A stretch of 64,000 nucleotides of DNA from assembly GCA_951406725.2 (NCBI GenBank), contig OX597815.1, forward strand, positions 175,026,001 to 175,090,000, given 5' to 3'. Of the stretch, positions 50,001-62,000 are shown piece after piece. The notes below the pieces were generated by a model. The model had not been told where the DNA came from. It ran no database searches and saw nothing but the letters and a program-made list of their open reading frames with translations. The stretch's first letter is position 1, and every line of letters begins with the position of its first letter. This DNA is from Octopus vulgaris (taxonomy: Eukaryota). Both the position numbers and the translations under genes were made by a program.

Positions 50001-53000
50001 CCGGTGGCACATAAAAAGCACCCACTACACTCTCAGAGTGGTTGGCATTAGGAAGGGCATCCGGCCATAGAAACTCTGCCAGACCAGATTGGAGCCTGGC
50101 TCTCCAGACCTCAGTCAAACCGTCCAACCTATGCCAACATGGAAAACGGACATTAAACAATGCTGATGATCCACACACACCAACTATGAGACAGATTTGA
50201 AACATGTTCATCAGTTAAGACTGAAGCAGAATAAAGGGCCATTTCCAATGACTGTCCATGTAGTCAGTGATTGATGTGAGTTGTTTTTGTCCTTCAAATC
50301 TGGTTGAGGTCAACTTTGCTTTTTCTCTTATTGTTGATTTTAAAAAAAAAAGGGTGCCAGGGTCAGTTAAATCAACCAGAAATATGGAACTGGAATCTAT
50401 AAACAGTCCAGAGTTTCTTTTAGTTCTGGAATACGTTGCACTAGTATTGGACCTTGCCCTTCCCTTGGATAACAGGGGCAGCATGGAGAGAGCAGACCAG
50501 CTGCAAGGGCCACTGATGCATTTCCATACAACTTTGGCCTGTGTCACATTACTTCTCTCTCCCAACACACTGAAATAAAGTTTTCTTGGTAGAAATCCAG
50601 GGTCTAACAAGACACATGGATGCCAAAACAATGATAGGGGCTGGCAGGGATGACTCCCGTTGCAGCAAGGTTTAAACTCCTGACCATATCATCATCAGCA
50701 GAGTAGCATGTTGACCTCACAATCTATTGTGATGCTTTATTTGAATTTGTTTTGCTTTTTTATTCTAGGCTCATCTCTTGCGTTGTGTTAGCCAGTGTGT
50801 ATTGAAGAGTCAAACATTAAATGAAAATGAAACCAATAGCAATGGTCATGATGATGATGAGAAAGAGGAGGAGGAAGAAGAGGCAGATGGTGTTGATGAT
50901 GATGAAGAATCTAACTGTTTGAAAAAATTGGAGAAGATTCTTGCATCTCTGACACAACGCATGGTAAAATGTGAACTGGAGGAGTTTGAACTGGTAAGAT
51001 TTTGGTATGGGATGCAGTCTACAGATTAGCAGAAATACTTAAGTAAATGCAGTGTTACTATTTTTGGAAGCATTTTTGTAAGGGCAGTGAGCTGGCAGAA
51101 TCATTAGTGTGCCAGGCAAAATGCTTGGCATTATTTTGCCCATCCTGACATTCTAAGTTCAAATTGTGCCAAGGTCAACTTTGCTTTCATCCTTTCCGGA
51201 TCAATAAATAAGTACCAGTTATGCACTGGGGTCAATGTAAGTAACTTATGCCTTCCGTCAAAATTGCTGACCTTGTGCCAAAATTTGAAATCAGTATATC
51301 TGTAAACATGGTCCCTAATTTGATTTTAGTTCTAGATGGAAAAAGTCTTTTTAGGCACTTCATGAAAGATTGTGATAACTCTTGGGAACTTGCCTATGTG
51401 TATCAAAGAGTAAGTTAATCTAGCTTTCACATGTAGAGGCTGGTCTTTCTGTCTTTCATAATTTCATGATTTAATTAATCAAAACCATTATTCTCATTAA
51501 TTTGCTTTAGAACCAAGATTTTTTTTTTCCAGGATAAAGCCTCTGACTATTCTACCAAAACTAATGTTGGTGTCAAGAACACCATTCTGGCATCTTTGAT
51601 CCTTGGTTTATATGAATCTTTGATGGAATATAATTTTTTCTCTGGCAAATGCAGGTATGTAATATGTAATGAGTTGTATGGAAATTGCTTCAAGGCTGCT
51701 AGCTAGTCACTGTTTGTCTGTGTATATCAGAACTGGATTAGAAACAAAAGATGAAGAGGTCTATATTTGGTTGAGCTATTATGTAGAGAAACATTTCGTG
51801 CAGCATCGTTTATTGGAGGATCTAGTACTAAAATGTTTCACATTGAATTTTACCAAAACTGCATCCTAGAATTTTTCCCCTTTCAGTGTAAATGCTTCAG
51901 CTCTAATCAGTTGCTGTTCTATAAAGATCAAATAAGACCCAAACTGGAGAATTATTCATATATCTAAGACAGTAATTGGCACGAACACTCATATTAACAT
52001 CTTTGATGTTATTTCTTCTCTCTGTCTTCTAACCTTCATCATCACCTCTCTCTCTCAGCTTTGCCGATCCTACTTTGACATTTCGCCAATTCTTTCTCCA
52101 CTTTGAAATTCTTTCCTTCTCCATGTTATTTCCTAAAGGAGTTGACCGTCTGTCTGAAATGACCTGCAAAAATGGTTGGCACTGATGTAGCCAAAAAAGA
52201 AAAACAAAAAACACAACTTCCTTAGTTTTCAGTTCAAAGTTGTTTATTTGTCTATAGATCTTAAATCTGTTTTCTGAATCAATGTGTTTATTTGTCAAAC
52301 CAAAGAAGGAGGCTCTGTATAGTCACTGAATTTATTAGAAATAGCAACCAAATCTCTCTGAAATTGCAGCTCGTCTTTTTTAAAATTATTTTTATGGCTT
52401 GAGTTAATGTTATTATCAATTGAAATAGCTACATAGAGGCTCCGCCATATGCCTGTGAATCTAGAAATAGCAACCAAATTCCCTCAAAATCACATCCTAC
52501 TATTTTAGAAATAGAGTAAATACTGCTTAATGTGGGTATTGAAAGCATTGATGGTTACTGCTAGGTTGTCTTTAATTGTAGACCTTTTCAGTTAGGGCTG
52601 GTCTGGGGTTAAACATGTTGCTGTAGTGTAGGTCAGTTCTTATTGGGCAGAGTTATGGCTTACGGGGAATTTGCTGTTAATTCTAGCAGGTTGAGTAATA
52701 GTGGAGACCTTGCATCATTGGATCATGTGACAGATATTGGATATGAATGGTTGCAGAACTGAAGAAACAATTTGTCAGTCCCTCCCATACCTTGACCCTT
52801 TCAACTGGTGCAAATCCACACACCATCCTGTCAATACTATTTCACCCTCTCAGTCAAGGGATTTTTGCCTTTTTCATCTTGCAAGGTCCTTGGTGACCCT
52901 GTCAGTGATGGTACTATATAAAAAAACACCTGTGCTGGTGCCAAGTAAAAGGGCATCCAGTTGTAGAAACCATACCAAAACAGACAATGGTACGGCTTCT

Positions 53001-56000
53001 GGCATTGCCAGCTCCTGTCAAAATGTCTGCTGCTCTGTGACAAGATTGTGGTCAAGGCTGTGGCTATGAAGACCTCTGGTGTGCTTAGATCGCCAGACCA
53101 TGTTCCTGCTCACTGCTATCAAGGTGGAGAAGGCTATCCACAGGTGCCAACTCCTTGGGCAGCACATGAAAGACAGTTATTTGGTTGGACTGAATCTGGC
53201 TGTGGGCTGTTTCCCCAAAATGAAAATTACATTAATTGGCTTTATGTTGTGCTTGAGAAGAAGACCCATCAAGCCAAGCAAAATCGTAATCATGGCAGAT
53301 ACTGGTGGCATGTAAAAGCACCTATTACACTTTTGGAGTGGTTGGCATTAGGAAGGGCATCCAGCCGTAGAAAACCATACCAAATCAGACTGGAATTTGG
53401 TGCAGCTTTCCAGCTTACCAGCTCCGGTCCAAAAAGTCCAACCCTTGCCAGTATGGACATCAGACATTAAATAACGATGATGATAATATATATAATCATT
53501 ACCATCATTGTTTAATGTCCATTTTCCATGCCTGCATAGGTTGGACAGTCTGACAGAAGCTAACAATCTGAATGGCTGTTCAGGCCCTCTATCTGTTTTG
53601 GCATGGTTTTTATGGCTGGATGCCCTTCCTAACACCAACCACTTTACAAAGTGTGGACTGGGTGCTTTTATACAGCACTGGTACAGGTGCTCTTTACATG
53701 GCACCAGCACTTACAAGACTGCAAGATTAAGGATCCTCAGCTGGAGAGGGTTGTAAGGGACAAACCCGGACTCAAGGGCAACCACGCTTAACTTACCTTG
53801 TCATATCTTTTCAAGCTTGGCAAACCACCAGGAGTCTTGGTTTCCTGTCATCCGCTCTGTGAGTCCCAATGTTTGTAGATCCTTTCTCACCACTTCGTCC
53901 CACATCTTCCTGGGTCTACGTCCTCATTCATATGCAATACCACCTGATATACTGGGGCCTACTTCTTGTTACTGGGCTAATGAGGTTTCAATTCTAAGCT
54001 TTGTTACACTGTAGAAAATTAGTATGAAAAGAAAACGGGAAAAATAAAAAGTAAAATTGTCCATACATATATACACATGTACATATACAGAAGGATACAG
54101 ATAATTTATTTTGTTTTCATATTTATTTTCAGTGAAAGTAGCTTTGAGAATGTTATGGATTTGTTTGCAAAATATGTGAAGCTGACTGGTATTTTAAAGA
54201 CCAAAATGAAAGGACAAAATACCAAAATTAACCCCAGTTTATTGTCTTTGCATTTCATAGTCGAGATATTACACAGTTTCTATGAGTGAGTATTGATACT
54301 TTAGCCAAAAATATATAATGCTGTCAACAATGCTACACAGAAAGAATCAGAAGGCAATGAGTTGTCTTCAAGTTCAAAATGTGACACTTTTATTTACAGT
54401 CTCAAAACAACGCTGAACAAACGTGTATTACAGGAAAATTCACTGTCTATGTAAACAATCAAAATTTAGGCCTTCAGAGGCCTAAATTCAGAGAGGAATA
54501 ACATGGCAAGAAATGAATATATTCGGTTGCATTTACTAATTTTTACAGGTTCTTTAGTTTGGTACTGGATATTAACCCCATAGTACAAAGTCTGACAACT
54601 AGTCTTGCTGAAGCAGTCAATTTCAGCAAACCTGGTAAAATGATATAATAAGCTTCTGGTGGTACGTAAAATGCACCAATCCGCTCGTGGCCGTTGCCAG
54701 CCTAGCCTGGCACCTGTGCAGGTGGTACGTAAAAAGCACCCACTACACTCACGGAGTGGTTGGCGTTAGGAAGGGCATCCAGCTGTAGAAACACTGCCAG
54801 ATCAGACTGGAGCCTGGTGCAGCCTTCTGGATTCCCAGATCCCCAGTCGAACCGTCCAACCCATGCTAGCATGGAAAACAGATGTTAAACGATGATGATG
54901 ATGATGAAGCTTCCTAACAGCTTAAAAAAGAAGACAAATGCCATGTGAAGAAGTGAGCATAATGATTTTGATTTGAGAAAAACAAACTTAGCTCGGTAGT
55001 CATAATAACTAAGAAACTGAACAAGTAATCTTCCAGCTTCTAAATGAAGCTGACAGAATGAGGAGCTTGACTGTGCATTCAATATCTTCCACAGCAACTC
55101 AACCATTTAGGCTTTAGACATGCTTTAGATAATATGGCTGGAAGTTGTTTGAATTCATGCAACGCCAACCTTAACTGGTCAGCATCTGTCTCAAACAACT
55201 AATTCGTGCTCCGGTTAAAAAATAGATTTATCATGACTTACTACAATACCAACTAACAGTCCTGTGATCTCTGAAACCATGATCGTAACCCAACAATTAA
55301 AATATCATAATCATCAGCAAAAATTCTTGCTGATATTTAATTCCAAAGTAACTGCTGTTATCTTGGCATCAAATGCCAACAATTATGACTTTTTACAGTT
55401 AAGTTAGCTTTGGGAGTTTATATTTATTGGTTAATGTACTTGGTCGTTGTAAAAGTTTCTTCTTTTGACTAATTAAAAATTTTTTTTTAAATTTGCTTTT
55501 CTCCTTTGACCCCTGTTCTCATAGGGGGAGGGAATGGTATTGCTGTGAAGGGGTGCTGGCTGGTTGCTTACTTCTCACAGATGTTATCATCACTAGTTGT
55601 AAGTGGGAGAAGAGATTCTTGGCTTTGATGCTTCTCTCCTGGCAATGAGGACAGGGAAGTCTTTTTACCAACTCAGTTGTGCCAAGTGTTGCTTTGGGAC
55701 TGGCAACCTCCAGGATTTGTTCTTGTTGCTTTTGTTGTTTTTGGCATACTAAGTGAAATGCTCCCAACTGTCTTTCACTATTACAGTACAACAAATGCTG
55801 AGTTTTAAGATCTTTCAGCATCCGCAATAGATTACATCTCTGGGACTGTTTTGTGGTCTTTCAAAATATATCTATAGTAACCCCCACTCAACTACAAGTT
55901 AGATGTGTAATGACCATCAACCCATATTGTTCCATGAAGCTAAGAACTAGCCAAGGGTCAACAATATCACCAATGTCCCTGACAGTGACTCTTATATTCC

Positions 56001-59000
56001 CAGATATTGCAGGATCAGCTTCTGGACAGACAACACATCACAGTTTGGTCTTGCCCTTTGACCTCGTTTGTGTTTAACAATGACACAAACAGTGCCATCT
56101 TCCTTCCTCCTTCTAATAAATGAGGTTTCATTTAAAATGTATTTCAGGGCTGAATCTAAGTCTTTGGATGGAACAAGAAAAATCCCTGTTGCCTTAGCAA
56201 AGAACAACTAAATTGTGAATTGTGTTGGATTATCACAGACTGTCTTAAGGTCAAAATGTTGCTAAGCATTTGTTCTTTCAGCAAAATGTTCCTTATCGAG
56301 TGTTTTATTATTCGAAAGCACATTTGCAAACATAATCTCTACACATGTCTCTATGGCAACGTTTCTATTCAAAGATATTCAAACTCAATGTTAAAATGTT
56401 TGTTTTTGAGTCTCGGCCGTTGTTAATATTTTGCATTGCAATTGTCTTTTATTTTGCTTATTTTCCAAATGTGAAATGTGTTATTTTGTACATTTTCAGT
56501 TGGCAGGAGAGAATATGAAGTATTTATAAGGTTTTTTTTTTTTTACATGGCTGATTGGAGGAAAAAATAAAAACAGAAACCTAATTTTTTCTCGTGTCAA
56601 AAGCTCTTTTAGTAATATCCTCTGCTTCACAGAGTGAATTGCACGCAAAAACTATTTTATTATCAGTGAATGATGATGATAAATACTTTTTTGCAGGGAT
56701 TCCAGTTCAGATTCTTCGCTATCATTGAAAAGTTTGAAAGAAAATAAAGATTTTGTGCAACATATACTTAGTGTTGGCTTGCAGAAAATTCATTTATTAA
56801 GAGACCATGGTTTCCGTGATGACAAAGAACAGCTGGATAAAGACAAATTAATTTTACTTTCATGCCGTCTTGGAAGGTATGTTGTTTATTGTTGTTGGTT
56901 TTGCAACATCTCTTCCTTTCCTATTTTGATCTATAGAATCTCCAGGCTTGACACTTCATCTCAATAACACAATATTCTCTACCACTGACAGCTGTTAGAC
57001 TACATGTTCCTGTTATGTGATCTATTTTGATCTATTTTTCTTTTATTTCTCTTAATATCCAATGTCCCAAGGAAGTCAGATGTTTTTTTGTGGGGTTTTT
57101 TTAAAAACTATTTTTACTAATTATTCGAAAGATGACCAGAACCCAGTAATGTGGTAACCAGAACTTGCTTCACTTTTGACAATTCAGAAACTTACATATG
57201 TCTATTGAAGTTTTAAGAAGGAAATTCTTATTGCCATGGTGACACTGAAACCCATCCTAAGCAACTTTTTGTTTTTAACTGCTTTATATTGATGATTTAA
57301 TATTGATTTCAAATTTTGGCACAAGCCCAGTAAGTTCAAGGGAGGGTGGGCAAGTCGATTACATCGGACTCAGTACGCAACTGATACTTATTTCATTGAC
57401 CTTGAAGGGATGGAAGGCAAAGTTGATGCCAGTGGTATTTGAACTCAGAACATAGATGAAATGCCACAAAGCATTTTGCCTGGCATGTTAACAATTCTGC
57501 CAGCTTGCCACCTTTATTGGTCATTTAATGTTAAATGTCCAGCTTGTGCCAGTATGGAAAGCAGACATGAAATTATGAGGATGACCACATTTTATGGTCT
57601 GATGAGTGACCGGTTAAAGAGGGCTTCACTATAAAAAAATACGTTTTGGGGATTGTCATCTTTTGCCAGTTAAATGCATCTTGCTAACCTGGCTGAGGCT
57701 GACATTGTTTATGTATTTGTTTTGCAACATTCTTGTGAAATTGTGTAAAAATATTGATGATGACTTAACTATTATTTGAAATAACAAGTTGCAGCCATTA
57801 GCACAATGGCTAGCTGGTTAGATGAATTATTGTACAAGCAGCTGAGATCTGATTTTGTGAGAGAATTTAATACACAACCAGTTCTAATCCATACCAAGCT
57901 AGTGTTAAGTATAAAACTATACATAAAAAGCCACATAAGAGAAATAGGAAACATTCTTGTTACACAAAATTCTTTAGAAAAAGACCTATCCAGCACTTCT
58001 TCCATTTTCTGCTTTAAGATACACAGTCTTTAATTAACACTAAGCAGTGTTGAATGAAATATAGACATGTACAATATGTATAATATGTTTGTGTACTCTG
58101 GCACGGAATGACATATGCTTTAGTATTTGTCTCAAAAGAAAAAATTCTCCTTTTATAGACAGTAAGTGTGAAATCACACCACTGGGCTATGACTGATGTC
58201 ATCAGACAGAGGATCCATATCTGTGTTGTTTTGCATCGTCAGCCGTGAATTCTGAGCTTCCTTTCATAGTTACTAAGAACAAATTCTTATATTAGAACAG
58301 CATGTGGTTCAGTTTCTGATGTCTGCAAAGCTTTGTCATGTCTGATTGTATGCAAACATGTTAGATATTATTGCAGACACCTATATTTCATTAATCACTG
58401 CTTAGTGCTCCTCTAAGTTATTAATTCCAACTTGTCAAAGCTTTGCACACATCAACATATGTACCACTTACCATTACAAGAACAAGCTGTTCTTAGTGGT
58501 TATGAACAATAACTCAGTATCCGTAGATGATGATGATGATGTGTAACGATGCAGAAATGCCTATATCCTATGGTCCGTTGGGCCACGTTTTTATGCATAC
58601 CGTCTGTAAAGAGAGTTTTTCTCTCAAGATTTGTTTTTGCAATGTAGATCTTTCCATATCCAAGTGTACCTGAACATGTTAAATCTGATTGTTGAAACAT
58701 TTAACTTTTAATTAATCATTTCTTTAATAGACTCTGTCTGAAACATTACCAAAGAGTTGGTCCCACCAGTGATAAAAAGAACAAAAAGACCGAATCTACT
58801 CTCTGCTTAGAGATTTTAAGTGCTGTTGTACAGCTTCTGTTTGACTCTACATCCCCAGACACTCATAAAGTGTGGTTTACTCAGTTGTGTAAGTAACTGC
58901 TTATTTTGAACTATTGTTAATTGGAAATCTAAAGTTGCTTGTTATCTTCTCTGTATGTGACCATCAGTATGGCTTTCATAGGGTCTGTTCTACTGGTGAC

Positions 59001-62000
59001 CCTATGGTAGTAGGAAAAGAGAAAGTGAATGTTAACACCCAGCTGGGCAGTGAGAGTCTTGAACAGGTTGAATTGTACAAGTATCTTGGAGCCCAAATTT
59101 CTAACGAAGACACATGTAAGAAGGAAATTAGGACACAGCCAGCCATGGAAAAAACGTTCGTGGAAAAGCTAATAACATCTGGAGTAGCAAAAGTGTTGCA
59201 AGAGAAAACAAAACTGGTGTGAACACTCATCCGGCCAATAGGCATTTATGGTTACAAAGTATAGATTCTAAACAACTTTGAAGAGAACATAATCGATGCA
59301 TTTCTCATCCCTTCTTAAACTAATTGGTTTTTCTCTTACTATTTCTCTCGTCATTTCTTTGCAGTAAAAGTCAATGAGGCCACAGATACCTCAAATTCCC
59401 AAATGTCTGACAAGCAAAGCATTTTAGAAAAACATACAAAGCTCATTCAGGTTGGTGACCAAATATTTTGGTTTGTCTGTCTTCTCTTTAATCTTTTTGT
59501 TTTTGCTTTTTTAGAAAAAATAAACAATTTATATGTGAAGGTACATAGCCTAGTGGTTAGGTTTTTGCACTCACAATCACCAGATCATGGGTTTGATTCC
59601 TAGGTCGGGCAGCATTTCATTTTCTATTACTCTAGTGCTGTGTTCAGACCTACATGTCAACATTTCCTTTGTGTCTCATAAAAAAGGCAACTTAAAGAGG
59701 TTGCAGTGGGATTTACACTCTGACCTTGTAAAACCTTCACTAGCAATACCTTACCCTTGGTTGCTGTTGGGCCCCTGGGTGGAAATTGCACATCCACCAT
59801 GAACATATAATTTTCCTGCCTCTCACAACATGAATAAGTAGCCATTAAATTCTTAGCCACAAAACCATAACATTTATTCCTATCTCTTTACTGGTGAACA
59901 GTGGATACAGTCTGCAGCAAGTAACTTTTCTAATTAATGTAATCTTCATTTATATATAATACATAATAGATAACCATGGGTTTGAGGGTTGTTGCCTGAG
60001 TGGTCAAAGTTGTCATCTGGTGGAAGTAGTAGGGAGTCACCAACAAATGCTGGGTGTAGCAACATGCTTTTGGAGTCCATGCCCCCGTAATATGAAAAAA
60101 TATCTCTCATTTTGCTCACAAAACATACCCGTCCATTTTTTCCATTGAATTTAAAAACTATGATTTCATTGTGGTAAACCTGTGCATATTCTGCATATAT
60201 TAAGAAATAATGACAAGTGAACATTTTGTAAATATAATTATTAGCTTCCACCATATATTGATGATAGAAAAATAGTCTGATATTAGGACATATAAACCCC
60301 AACACATGCTAATGTCCATTTTTTCCCATTGGGGAGTTTATACGCCCTAATATTAGACTATTTTTCTGTAGTCAATATACGGTGGAAGCTAATAAGTCTA
60401 GTTATAAAATTTTTGCTTGTGATCATTTCTTAGCGTATGCAGAACATGCACATGTTTACATATAAGAACGTTTTTTTTTGAGAATATTTTAACATGGCAA
60501 GTCCAAACTCTGCTTGAAAAAAAGCCATTGAATTTGAAATGGTTTACAGTGTTTGTTACTGATGCAAGTCACAATCTCAGACAGTTGGATATTGCTTCTG
60601 TTTCTATAGAAACAGATCAGTAATTGTCAGAATCATTGTAGAGTGTTACACAAAAATGTTTTGCACTTTTACTTTCAGCCTTTTACATTCTCGGGTTCAA
60701 GTCCCACTGAAATCACCTTTGTTTCTCATCCTTCCAAGGGTCATATGGAATCAACTGACAGTCACTAGCATCTTTTGCTCTTCAAAAGACTTCACTTGAA
60801 AATGCTTAGGCTGTCTTTGCATTGCTTCTTTTTTTTCAACAGTGGATGTAGATGTAAGTCTGAATGACCACTGTGTTAATGAGAGGATGAGGAGTGGATA
60901 CTCCGGGTATTGTTGGCCTTGAAGGACATTGATGGCACAAAAACCACAATGTTAATGGGATATGTGACTTGACCAAGGGAAGATGGTGACAGACAGATAA
61001 GAGAGGGTACTAGTTCCAGTAAAATAGATATTGTTGTTCATACACTTCATCCACTGAAGCAGCACTTGGATATCGATGCAATTGTGTTGAAGAAAAATGT
61101 TTGCAAAAACAACAGCGGAGAGAAATGGCTGCTCAAGGAAGAAACTGATCTAATCTTCAATTGTTTAGGTAAAGTGTATGGTGATTAGAGTTAATAGCTC
61201 AAAGTCTGTTGCACTGGATGTGAAACAATCAGCTATGTATCTTGTTAATTTATTAACAAATAAATAAAAGCCTGAAAACAAAATCTTCAGAATGTCTCCC
61301 ACTTCCAATGTTTCTCTGCCACAATCAAAGTCTTATTTGAATCAGTAGTCTTAGAGGTAACAATTTCCAGATTGTCTGTTACCTAATTCCACCTACTAGA
61401 TTAACTAAAACATAGCCCCAAGCCGACTGCAGCTTTGTGATTGAATTCGGCAGGCGGAAGTTACTGCCGTGTGTGTATATGTGCGTGTAGGTGCTTGTGC
61501 CTCTCCAAAAGAGAGAGAGGGGTAGAATAGTGTTTTTCATAAAAACGAAATTCCAGTAGCAGATTTCAACTCAAGAGCTGATCTATAATCGTATTCTTTC
61601 AGCTATACGATGTCTTAAAGAACCTTCCTGTAAAAGAATTTTTTAAAAAAACGAAGACAAAGAAAGTCTTTTATAAATCTATGACAATTGCTAACTTTAA
61701 CCTTGTTGTTGTTTCTGTAGAGACTGGCTGTGAATATTCTTTCTTCTGACAAAGAAACTAAGACCATTGTTGAACTAAACAGTTTGCTAGAAATTCTTGG
61801 CGTTTTATGTGAACACCTAAATCCAGGTCAGGTTTATGAAGAGATATTACACTGGATTGATGAAGTTGCCAGATCAGATGCTATTGGTAAGGACATAATC
61901 ATTTCTTGATCTGATCACAGTTTATCTGTTTGTTGAACTCAAAATCAATCTTAACTCAGCAGACATATATTTAAAACAAACAACTCTGACTGCACAGGCC

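Noticed and set aside
50215-50631. 138-aa antisense ORF and overlapping 103-aa ORF
   Set aside because: No recognisable domain; the region overlaps a decayed relative of the 14870 SINE (gaccttgcccttcccttggataaca).
57596-57630. CTGATGAG core motif
   Set aside because: No convincing stem II, GAAA or stem I.
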